A stretch of DNA of 64,000 nucleotides from an uncultured Clostridiaceae bacterium (GTDB lineage Bacteria; Bacillota_I; Bacilli_A; RFN20; CAG-288), in contig CAYRUQ010000002.1 in the NCBI GenBank assembly GCA_964427595.1, positions 1,149 to 65,148 of the forward strand, in the 5' to 3' direction. The notes below the pieces were generated by a model that searched no databases, had not been told where the DNA came from, and saw only the letters and a list, made by a program, of their open reading frames with translations. Positions 45,906 through 54,362 of this stretch are shown piece after piece. A program made the translations under genes and the position numbers. The number at the start of each line of letters is the position of its first letter. The stretch's first letter is position 1.

Positions 45906-46660
45906 CTCTTAGTTCCACCTTTGGTCTCTTCAGTCGCTGATGCGATCTTAACTGAGACATCAGGAAGATAACCTAGTTGTTCCATCATCACTTTTTGATA
46001 AGTGTTAATAGCAATCTTAGGAGTATTACATTCTTCAGAAAGATGGGCGAGCACCACTTCTTTAGTCGTAGATGTTAAAAAGATAGAAAGATAATAAGAG
46101 CAATCTAAATTAGAAAGATGCCCTTGATCAGAGATGATTCTTTTGACGAGATAATCAGGTCTTGATGACTCATAAAGCATCTTCGGATCATGATTGCTCT
46201 CTAAGATGTAATATGTCGCACCCGAAAGCTTAGAATGATACTTCTCGGGGATGAAGCCAGTATCAGTGATATAAACGAGTTTTTCATCACCTTCATAAAT
46301 GATGAAACCGAGCGTGTTTTTAGCATCATGAGAGAGTTGTATCGTCTCGATTTTAAAATCACCGATGAACAGAGTTTGATCAGGAAAAAGATGATTACTT
46401 TCTAAAACATCAGTATCAGGAAGCTTCAATGAGGAGGAATAGACTTTCGCAACAGGAGCAGAGGAGACATTCGAAGAATGATCAGAATGCTCATGGGTGA
46501 TTAAAAAAGCGTCGATATCATCAAAGGAATGAGAATAACCATTGAGAGCTTTGTTCACTCTTTTTTTAGAGATACCAAAATCGATAAGAAGGATCGTGTC
46601 TTTAGAGAATATTAAAGTCGCATTACCTTTTGATCCGGAAGAGATGACATCAAAATTCAT
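45902..46660 (-). CDS. MBL-fold metallohydrolase (YycJ/WalJ-like)
   Basis: HEHSDH (HxHxDH) motif; position dnaB-yycJ-rlmH as in Bacilli; start moved to the ATG at 46660 (ORF-track start at 46669 is GTG). Confidence 0.75.
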   Translation of the reverse strand: MNFDVISSGSKGNATLIFSKDTILLIDFGISKKRVNKALNGYSHSFDDIDAFLITHEHSDHSSNVSSAPVAKVYSSSLKLPDTDVLESNHLFPDQTLFIGDFKIETIQLSHDAKNTLGFIIYEGDEKLVYITDTGFIPEKYHSKLSGATYYILESNHDPKMLYESSRPDYLVKRIISDQGHLSNLDCSYYLSIFLTSTTKEVVLAHLSEECNTPKIAINTYQKVMMEQLGYLPDVSVKIASATEETKGGTKR

Positions 46661-48113
46661 CAGGATCACTCTCCGTGACTATCGAGAAATTGCAGTGTTC
46701 TTTATCGAAGATGAAACGGAACGAACCAGTAGGTCCGTTTCTGTTCTTTTGAAGAGAGACTTCCACTTGTGAGCTTGCTTCGTTTAGCTTGCTTTGAGTG
46801 AGCATATCATCATCTTCCTCATCACCAGAAGCATAGTAGTCAGGTCGATAAAGCATGAAGATCTTATCGGCATCTTGTTCGATGGCACCAGAGTCTCTCA
46901 AATCAGACATCTGAGGTCGATGATCTCTCTTCTTCTTATCACGAGATTCCGTCTGTCTGTTCAATTGAGAGATGACGATGACTGGTATCTCAAGAGTGAG
47001 AGCCATCTTCTTGAGTTGGCGAGATATCTCTCTGACTTCTGATTCTCTGTTTTCGTTCTTACGATTAGTAGCCTGAATCAAACCGAGGTAATCGATAGCT
47101 ACCAGTCCTAAATTAGGAATCTGTTTCTTGATTTTAGTGACTTTGGCGATGATATCTAAAACGCTGGTCTCCTGATTTCTATCAAGGTAGAAAGGAAGTT
47201 CAGATAGCTCGAGAAGGCCTTTTTTAAGATTCTCAACAGCAGCTAATTTCCTCTTATCACTAGCATCGGCTAAACGGATGTTATTCTTCGTCGATCCAGG
47301 TAAAAGAGAGAGAGAATGAATATCATCAGAAGAGAGATTAGACACGAGAGATAAGATACGAGTAGCGATAGGAAGAGCACGCATTTCAAGTGAGAAGAAG
47401 ATGACTGGTGTTCCTCTTCTAGCCACTTGATAAAGAAGGTTGAGAGCAAAGGCGGTCTTACCGACGGAAGGACGAGCACCGATGACGATCATGTCCCCCT
47501 TCTCCCATCCGTGTGTTGCTCTATCAATATCTTCAAATCCGGTAGGAAGGCCGGTGACACCATTAGGTTTGACATTATTCTTACGGAATTCTTCCGATGT
47601 CTTAACTAAATCAGCCAACAATTCATCAGTGATTGTCTCCATGTTAGAGACATCTTCAATCCTTCTTTGTTTGGTGACGCCTAAGATGTCATTTTCAGCT
47701 CTACCGATGAAATCGTTAATATCAGTAATCGGCTTTTCTTTAGCTTCTTCTCCGATATCACTAAGGGTCTTTAAAAACCTACCTAAAAGAGATCTATCCT
47801 TGATATTAGCAATGTAGTTAGAAATAGGAGTGACTTGGTTGGTCTTCTCTAATATCAGGTTGAGATAGTCTTCACCACCGACCACATCTATCTGCTTGCT
47901 ATTTATCAGCTCGGTGATTGTATTAGCGACATCGATAGCCTGCTGTCTTTGAGACATGCTGATAAAAGCCTCATAAATGAGGCGATTACGACTATCGATG
48001 AAATCATCAGGATGCAGTTGAGTCACCACATTGAGCATGGTGTCTCCGGAAGAATCTTCTAAGATTTTTCCTAAAACTGCCATCTCAGAAAGTTCATAAG
48101 TTTCTTTGGCCAT
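46650..48113 (-). CDS. dnaB: Replicative DNA helicase DnaB (DnaC in Bacillus nomenclature) with ~35-aa acidic C-terminal extension
   Basis: N-terminal DnaB domain, RecA-like core with Walker A GARPSVGKTAFALNL, extended tail ...SIVTESDPDEF. Confidence 0.9.
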   Translation of the reverse strand: MAKETYELSEMAVLGKILEDSSGDTMLNVVTQLHPDDFIDSRNRLIYEAFISMSQRQQAIDVANTITELINSKQIDVVGGEDYLNLILEKTNQVTPISNYIANIKDRSLLGRFLKTLSDIGEEAKEKPITDINDFIGRAENDILGVTKQRRIEDVSNMETITDELLADLVKTSEEFRKNNVKPNGVTGLPTGFEDIDRATHGWEKGDMIVIGARPSVGKTAFALNLLYQVARRGTPVIFFSLEMRALPIATRILSLVSNLSSDDIHSLSLLPGSTKNNIRLADASDKRKLAAVENLKKGLLELSELPFYLDRNQETSVLDIIAKVTKIKKQIPNLGLVAIDYLGLIQATNRKNENRESEVREISRQLKKMALTLEIPVIVISQLNRQTESRDKKKRDHRPQMSDLRDSGAIEQDADKIFMLYRPDYYASGDEEDDDMLTQSKLNEASSQVEVSLQKNRNGPTGSFRFIFDKEHCNFSIVTESDPDEF

Positions 48114-48116
48114 CGC

Positions 48117-48575
48117 TTATTTCTTCTCTTTTAATGATACATGAAGTTTGATCTCTCCAATCACCCCTTTATGAATCTCAACTTTGAGTGATGTATTTCC
48201 AAAGCCGTTGACTAAGACATTCTTATCTAAGAGCATCTTCTTATCAAGGGAGATATCATATTGTTTCTTTAAAACTGAGGAGATCTCTTTAAAGGAGATA
48301 TTTCCGATCATCTCGCCTCTTCTTCCGGCATTGGCTTCAAACTGCAAGGTGATTCCTTTTAATCTGTCAGCGATTTTCTGAGCTTCTTCGACTCTTTTAG
48401 CTTCGGCTTGTCTTTCTATTTCTTGCTCATGAGCATAAGTCTTTTGAGCTTGAGAAGTATAGAGGACACCATAACCTTGGGCGATGACATAATTAGCACC
48501 ATAGCCATCAGAAACTTCAACGATATCGCCTTTCTTTCCGACTTTACGGAGATCTTTTTTCAGAAGAACTTTCAT
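48117..48575 (-). CDS. rplI: 50S ribosomal protein L9
   Basis: MKVLLKKDLRKVGKKGDIVEVSDGYGANY is the canonical L9 N-terminus. Confidence 0.95.
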   Translation of the reverse strand: MKVLLKKDLRKVGKKGDIVEVSDGYGANYVIAQGYGVLYTSQAQKTYAHEQEIERQAEAKRVEEAQKIADRLKGITLQFEANAGRRGEMIGNISFKEISSVLKKQYDISLDKKMLLDKNVLVNGFGNTSLKVEIHKGVIGEIKLHVSLKEKK

Positions 48576-48577
48576 CG

Positions 48578-50617
48578 TTAATCCTCCTCTTTATAGAGAG
48601 TGACTCGAGCATCGTCGAGATAATCTTGCAAAATTTTATTCAGTCTTCTATAGACTTCTTCAACACTATGATCAGTGACGGTCGCTGCTGACATAGCGAA
48701 GTGACCGCCACCACCTAGCTTCTCCATCAAGATAGAACAGTTGACCGTTCCATCAGAACGAGCTGAGATTTTGATTGTATGTTCATCCGTTCTACCAAGA
48801 GCGAATGAACACTGAATACCTCTGATTTGAATACCAGCATCAGCCACTAATGAAAGCATGACTGGGGCTACTTCTTCATCATCAGGAGAAGTAGCGACTA
48901 AAACTCCACGATAAGGAATGGTGGAGTTATTGAGAATCGAAATCTTCTGTTTGTACTCTTCATAATCTTCCTTAAGGAAGTCATCCACCATGAAGGAATC
49001 AGCATTTGAAGCTTTTAGATGGCTAGCAGCCTCGAAAGTAGAAGTAGAGGCTTTATCTTTGAAGTTATGTGTATCCATCGTGATACCAGCTAGTAAGAAA
49101 GTTGCAGTTCTCTTATCAATTAAAATCTCATCGACATTGTAAGTGATATAAGAAGTCAAGATTTCAGAAGTTGAAGAAGCAGAGGGGTCAATATTGTTGA
49201 AGACTTCTGCTTCTATGACAGCTTGACCAGGACGATGATGATCAATCAAAGCAACATGAGAAGCTTTCTCTAAGACCTGCGGATACATGGTGATTTTTGG
49301 ATTGTTATGATCGACGATGACAAGAAGGGTATTTTCATCCATATATTCGAGAGCATCTTTAAAGTTGATGAAGTATTTTTGATAATCCTTCTTCCTATCG
49401 AAATTACTATCGATGGCGATGCGACATTTCCCTTCGACAGACTGCTCATCATAGCAGATACGAGCATTCACTTTGACATGCTGACAAAGGAGATAAACAC
49501 CTAAAGCTGAACCTAGAGCATCAAAGTCAGTATTAGCATGTCCCATAATCAAGACTTTATGATGGTTTCTTAATGTGGTGATAAAGGAATTAGACATCGT
49601 TCTTATCTTGACACGGTTGCGACTAGGCTTAAGTTCAGTCTTACCACCGATATATATCATCTCTTGAGAGAAAGGATAGACGACAACTTGATCACCACCA
49701 CGAGATAAAGCGACATCAAGAGCAGATGAAGCTAATTCGGCAAGACGGGAGAACTCAGGAAAACCATAAGAGACACCGATTGAGAGAGTAAAACCATCTT
49801 TCATCATGTTTCTGACTTTATCGACGACAGCAAATTTACTATGGAACATCGATAGATAATTTTCATAAGTGGTGACGAAGAGATAACGATCATCTTTCAC
49901 GCTTCTAACAAGCGCCTTATAAGTGCTACCAAAGGTGGTGATTATATTTTTAACTTGGGAGAGAGCATCATTAAACTTAGCATCATCAGCAGTGTTCATC
50001 TGCACATCTGAATAGTTATCGATGGAGATATAACCGACGACCGGAGCCTGTTTTTGATTATCTAAAATCAGAGTCTCTCTATCTTGTGTGTCTTTGAAGA
50101 TGAGAAGGCGAGCTTCAGTCAAATATTCGACTTTGAAATAACGATTATCAACAAAGACTTTCTGAAGGATATTTTCATTTTCATCGTTGTTAGACTCCTC
50201 ATCATTTTTCTTCTTAAGAAGTCCCCTTATTTGAGGGATGGTATCGAGTATCGGTTTATCGACGATATCAGGGAAACAAGAAGCCATATAATCGTTAGTC
50301 CACAAAACTACATTGTTGATGTCGATAACGACTAAACCGATTCCACCAAAACGATAAGCTTCATCAATATCATTTCCGATGATTTCAGCTGAGGCTAGCT
50401 CGGATTTTCCCTTCTTCTTTTGAATCGCATGATTGAAACAGAGAATGCCGATAGCATTCAAGAGACACAAAAAACAAAAAATAGCCAATATTATGTGATG
50501 ATAGTATTCGTAGTCGGGGAAAAATATAAAAAGCAAAATAAAAGTGCCAACTATAACAAAATCAATAATCAACGAGATTGTTATATACAATCTCTCTTTT
50601 TTCAAAAGTTTATACAT
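48578..50617 (-). CDS. gdpP: Cyclic-di-AMP phosphodiesterase GdpP (2 TM, PAS, degenerate GGDEF, DHH-DHHA1)
   Basis: DHH motif (IVDHNNP) and DHHA1 GGGH; synteny gdpP-rplI-dnaB; start set to the ATG at 50617 with GAGGA Shine-Dalgarno (the ORF-track start is TTG). Confidence 0.85.
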   Translation of the reverse strand: MYKLLKKERLYITISLIIDFVIVGTFILLFIFFPDYEYYHHIILAIFCFLCLLNAIGILCFNHAIQKKKGKSELASAEIIGNDIDEAYRFGGIGLVVIDINNVVLWTNDYMASCFPDIVDKPILDTIPQIRGLLKKKNDEESNNDENENILQKVFVDNRYFKVEYLTEARLLIFKDTQDRETLILDNQKQAPVVGYISIDNYSDVQMNTADDAKFNDALSQVKNIITTFGSTYKALVRSVKDDRYLFVTTYENYLSMFHSKFAVVDKVRNMMKDGFTLSIGVSYGFPEFSRLAELASSALDVALSRGGDQVVVYPFSQEMIYIGGKTELKPSRNRVKIRTMSNSFITTLRNHHKVLIMGHANTDFDALGSALGVYLLCQHVKVNARICYDEQSVEGKCRIAIDSNFDRKKDYQKYFINFKDALEYMDENTLLVIVDHNNPKITMYPQVLEKASHVALIDHHRPGQAVIEAEVFNNIDPSASSTSEILTSYITYNVDEILIDKRTATFLLAGITMDTHNFKDKASTSTFEAASHLKASNADSFMVDDFLKEDYEEYKQKISILNNSTIPYRGVLVATSPDDEEVAPVMLSLVADAGIQIRGIQCSFALGRTDEHTIKISARSDGTVNCSILMEKLGGGGHFAMSAATVTDHSVEEVYRRLNKILQDYLDDARVTLYKEED

Positions 50618-50731
50618 GCGAATCCTCAAAAGTTCAGAAAAAATTATAAACTTAGAAATATAGAAAAACAAATCTTGATAAAAGTTGATAGATATAATAA
50701 AGACCTTTGAGGAAAGAAATGGACTTTTTTA

Positions 50732-51367
50732 TCAGTTTAGTTTTCTCTCTTCAATCGAGTAATTATCAAGCAATATCACCCCTTTGATTTTCTTTACTGG
50801 GATAGTTTTCAAGGCTTCAAAAGCTGAGTTGAATGTGCTACCTGTAGTGAAAACATCATCAAACAAAACAACCTTTTTTCCATTTAATTCATCAGCGTTA
50901 TCACGAAGAATAATCCGATTATCTTTATAACGATCTGTTCTTCCCATTTCCTTTTGTTCTTTTAAAATCGTTTTATTAAATATGGTCGTATATTTAAGAC
51001 TAGTTCTTTTAAGCATCTCTTCTAAATGTAAGAATCCTCTTTCATCTATTTTCACCTTTGAAGAAGGTAGAGGAAGAAAGATATAATCATGAAACAAAAG
51101 CTTGAGAAGAAGTTTAAAATTGAAAAGAAAACAAGGGGCTAATTCAATATCTTTTTGCTCTTTATATCTGAACAGCCACTCTTTAAGAATACCATCATAA
51201 TTAGACAAAAAGAAAACAGGAATATCCTTATGTTTTCGATAGTGGATATGAACTTTTATCTTCTTTAAACAACCATCACAAAGAAAGACATCCTTCTCGA
51301 TGAAGTGTCTAAAAGGAGATGTTTTGATAGTGTTAAAACAAGCTTTGCAAACTCTCTCATCTAACAT
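50732..51367 (-). CDS. comFC: ComF operon protein C (phosphoribosyltransferase-like competence protein)
   Basis: N-terminal CxxC...CxxC; PRTase motif VVLFDDVFTTGSTF. Confidence 0.8.
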   Translation of the reverse strand: MLDERVCKACFNTIKTSPFRHFIEKDVFLCDGCLKKIKVHIHYRKHKDIPVFFLSNYDGILKEWLFRYKEQKDIELAPCFLFNFKLLLKLLFHDYIFLPLPSSKVKIDERGFLHLEEMLKRTSLKYTTIFNKTILKEQKEMGRTDRYKDNRIILRDNADELNGKKVVLFDDVFTTGSTFNSAFEALKTIPVKKIKGVILLDNYSIEERKLN

Positions 51368-52496
51368 TATAAAACTTGATTTCTTCTATAGCTTCTCTCA
51401 TAGCTGTTGAGATATCTGAAGCGATGAAGATGACCTCTCCATTCGTTGCTCCGATCTTTCTTCCTACTCTTCCAGATATCTGTATCAAAGTATCTTTATT
51501 AAAAATAGAATCATCCGCTTCAAAAACGATGACTTGTAGATTTTTGACAGTGACTCCTCTTTCTAAAATTGAGGTCGTTACTAAATACTTGAACTCTCCA
51601 TTTTTAAATCTTTGAATATCGATTTTTCTGTTTTCACTCTCTGATGAAACAAACGAGCCTTCTTTCTCAAATAGATAGAGAAACTTGAATAATTTTTCAC
51701 CCTTCTCGATAGTAGGAACAAATATAAAAAGAGGCTTATCAGCTTTAAGAAATACTCGCATCTGTTTAAGACAGGTCGCATATAAAAAATATTCAGAAGT
51801 CTCTTTGATAGTAGGAACGATCAATTTTCCTTTGTGATACCTTTCAAACAACTGTAAAACTCTTCCTTCTTTCTTCATCCTCTCTAAATCTTCTTTCGAA
51901 GGAGTCGCACTTAATAAAACATAGTGTCCTCTGACAGCTTTACTAAAAAATGAATGCAGTATCTTATTACCAGCGTAAGGAAAAGCGTCAATTTCATCTA
52001 ATATCAACAAATCAAAATAATGGTTATATCGATAAAGCTGATGAGTAGTCAAAACGATGATATCTCCATTTAATTTCTGAGTATGTTCACCATAAACAGA
52101 GATGACTCTCGCTTTTGGAAAAGCTTCTTCAATTCTCGGTTTCAAATCGATGACGACATCTTTTCGTGGTGTACAAAATCCAACATGAAGTCCTAGCTCT
52201 AAATACATCGCCATCGCTTTATAAACAAGTTCTGTTTTACCAGCACCGGTCACGGCATGGATGAGAACATTCTTCTTTTCTTTTAAGCAAGTGACAACTT
52301 CATCGGAAATTTTATTTTGTGCAGCACTTAGCGGATACCCGAGTTGAAGCTTGATGTTTTTTCTCACTTTAAAATCTTTATCAGCATCTTTTCCTTGAAA
52401 AGGGAGACATAACCGGCAATATGGTTTTCCATTAAGATAGCCGATAAAGCGTTCATCATCATTTCCACAGCGTGGACAGATATACCGTTGTTTCAT
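51357..52496 (-). CDS. comFA: ComF operon protein A (DEAD-box-like helicase for DNA uptake)
   Basis: N-terminal 4-Cys zinc finger (CPRCGN...CRLC), Walker A AVTGAGKTE, DEID box, helicase C-terminal domain. Confidence 0.8.
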   Translation of the reverse strand: MKQRYICPRCGNDDERFIGYLNGKPYCRLCLPFQGKDADKDFKVRKNIKLQLGYPLSAAQNKISDEVVTCLKEKKNVLIHAVTGAGKTELVYKAMAMYLELGLHVGFCTPRKDVVIDLKPRIEEAFPKARVISVYGEHTQKLNGDIIVLTTHQLYRYNHYFDLLILDEIDAFPYAGNKILHSFFSKAVRGHYVLLSATPSKEDLERMKKEGRVLQLFERYHKGKLIVPTIKETSEYFLYATCLKQMRVFLKADKPLFIFVPTIEKGEKLFKFLYLFEKEGSFVSSESENRKIDIQRFKNGEFKYLVTTSILERGVTVKNLQVIVFEADDSIFNKDTLIQISGRVGRKIGATNGEVIFIASDISTAMREAIEEIKFYNVR

Positions 52497-52538
52497 TCTC
52501 GACTATTATTAGAAAGAAAAAACGGCTTTGTTTAAGTT

Positions 52539-53279
52539 TCAGTAATTGATTCTTACTTTATAAGAGATAGAGTCGTCTTCTTTATAACCGATAACTTCTA
52601 TACCATCCTCAATCTCTTTTTCATAACTAGTCAAAGTCTCATCAAGCATGCATTCTTTTTCAAAATTGATCTCAATCTGCTTGATTGTTCTCGTATAACC
52701 GATTGAATCGATGATCTCAGCGTAAATCGCATTGTTCATATGACCATTTGTGTCGATATTATCAGGAGTGACTACATATTTATGAGGATTGATATGTTTA
52801 GGAATATCGATATCAAGAGTCGTCAATCCTTCTTCAAAAAGTTGAGGTGCCTTTTCAAGTTCTTCTAAATAAGGATTTAAAATTTCAATAACTGGTGTTA
52901 AAAGAGTGAGTCTTCTTTTTGTTCCATCTAGAAGGACCCACAAAGAAGTTAGTCTCGCTCTTTCATTTCCATCTTCACCATAAAAGATAGCTTCACGACC
53001 GATTTGAATCTTTCCAGGCTTAGTAGGATAGGTGACAATCGTACACTTTTCTCCTTTTTCAAAGGGAGAAACAATCTGGATTCTCATCCTGACGATAACG
53101 AATAATTTGTTGTTTTCTTTGATAAATTTATTTCCTATTCCAAGAAGATCAGCGTGACTGACCGCTGCATTGGAAAAATTAGAAAAAAGTGTCTTTAAAG
53201 AGAGATTACCTTGTTCATCAAACTCTTCAGCGATGAACTCTCTTTTGAAAATTAAAAACTCATTTAAGTTCAATTCCAT
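52539..53279 (-). CDS. Acyl-ACP thioesterase (double hotdog fold)
   Basis: ~246 aa; catalytic motif DIDTNGHMNNAIY (DxNxHxNN) in the second hotdog half. Confidence 0.7.
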   Translation of the reverse strand: MELNLNEFLIFKREFIAEEFDEQGNLSLKTLFSNFSNAAVSHADLLGIGNKFIKENNKLFVIVRMRIQIVSPFEKGEKCTIVTYPTKPGKIQIGREAIFYGEDGNERARLTSLWVLLDGTKRRLTLLTPVIEILNPYLEELEKAPQLFEEGLTTLDIDIPKHINPHKYVVTPDNIDTNGHMNNAIYAEIIDSIGYTRTIKQIEINFEKECMLDETLTSYEKEIEDGIEVIGYKEDDSISYKVRINY

Positions 53280-54007
53280 AATTTTCCTTCTTTATATAAG
53301 TTGATAACTTCATCATAGGAAGAAACTTCAACATAACGCAACCCTAGATAAGTCGGAAGGTCAGAGAATTGTGTGACATCTTTTTTAGAGAAGTTGAGCC
53401 AAATAACATTAGAAAATAAAGAAAGATTCGCTCCTTGAACATCTGCTAAGAAAGAATCACCGATATAAACACTTTCGGAAGGTCGGAATCCAGACATTTT
53501 AAGTCCAGTGTTAAAGAAAAGCGGATTAGGTTTTTTCACGCCTACTTCAGCTGAACCTAAAAAGAAAGATAATCCATTTTCAGGTAATAGTTTATTGACG
53601 AGTTTAAATGTGTCATCAGAGTCATAAATTGTGTTTGATAAAACTGCATGATAAATTTCATCTTCATTGAGCAAAGATAAAAATCGCTCAATTCCTTCAA
53701 CAGGTTGAGGATCAAGAGACAAGAGAACTTCGTGCACGCAATCATCTACTGAACAATCTAACTTGATGTGAAAGTTATGACAAAGAAGAGTTAAAAGTTG
53801 ACTATCTTTAATTTCATATCCATTGCTTGAACGAAAATATCTTCTGAAGAATTGCTCGGTAAATAGGGCAACTTGTGCCCAGTCAATTTCAGTTTTATTT
53901 ATAGAATGTTTCTCTAAACAGGCGATATTCCATGAAGGAGTTTTGCTCTTAAAACTGATTAATGTGTCCCAACAATCGAAGAATACAGCACGTTTTTTTG
54001 CTGACAT
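53270..54007 (-). CDS. HAD-superfamily hydrolase
   Basis: Motif I region RAVFFDCWDTLI and motif IV YIGDSFLADVQGA; start set to the ATG at 54007 with GGAGGTGA Shine-Dalgarno. Confidence 0.7.
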   Translation of the reverse strand: MSAKKRAVFFDCWDTLISFKSKTPSWNIACLEKHSINKTEIDWAQVALFTEQFFRRYFRSSNGYEIKDSQLLTLLCHNFHIKLDCSVDDCVHEVLLSLDPQPVEGIERFLSLLNEDEIYHAVLSNTIYDSDDTFKLVNKLLPENGLSFFLGSAEVGVKKPNPLFFNTGLKMSGFRPSESVYIGDSFLADVQGANLSLFSNVIWLNFSKKDVTQFSDLPTYLGLRYVEVSSYDEVINLYKEGKLWN

Positions 54008-54067
54008 AATCACCTCCATCTATTCTCTCTAAACACATCATTGAATATAACGAATCATGACTTGCTC

Positions 54068-54096
54068 TTGATTAAGAAAGAAGAAAAATATATATT
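54068..54096 (+). promoter_or_regulatory. Near-consensus sigma-A promoter with no downstream ORF
   Basis: TTGATT (54068-54073), 17-nt spacer, TATATT (54091-54096). Confidence 0.45.
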
Positions 54097-54102
54097 AATA
54101 TA

Positions 54103-54185
54103 TAGCAAGCCGCAAATAAATTCTATTGAATAGCACACGGGGAAAACTCACCAGATTATTAACTTAACTGGTGAGTTTTTCTTCG
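54103..54185 (+). ncRNA. Candidate small RNA (~80 nt) defined by an orphan promoter and an intrinsic terminator
   Basis: Predicted TSS ~54103 from the promoter above. A perfect 12-bp hairpin AAAACTCACCAG-(13-nt loop)-CTGGTGAGTTTT (54143-54179) is followed by TTCTTCGTTTT. There is no ORF or Shine-Dalgarno in between, and no upstream plus-strand gene to terminate. Confidence 0.3.
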
Positions 54186-54267
54186 TTTTGAACAAAAAAC
54201 TTATTATACACAGGCATATAATATAAAGTTGTTTCTCATTTTTCTTTCGCTTTTTTCTAAAAACTAA

Positions 54268-54296
54268 TTGAAAAAGTTGCAAAAACAATTTATATT
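54268..54296 (+). promoter_or_regulatory. Sigma-A promoter for the 54363 membrane protein gene
   Basis: TTGAAA (54268-54273), 17-nt spacer, TATATT (54291-54296); GGAGG Shine-Dalgarno at 54349. Confidence 0.45.
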
Positions 54297-54362
54297 TACT
54301 TTAAATTAACAATTAAACAACAGAACAACTATTTGTTTCTTATTCCTTGGAGGACTCAATGT

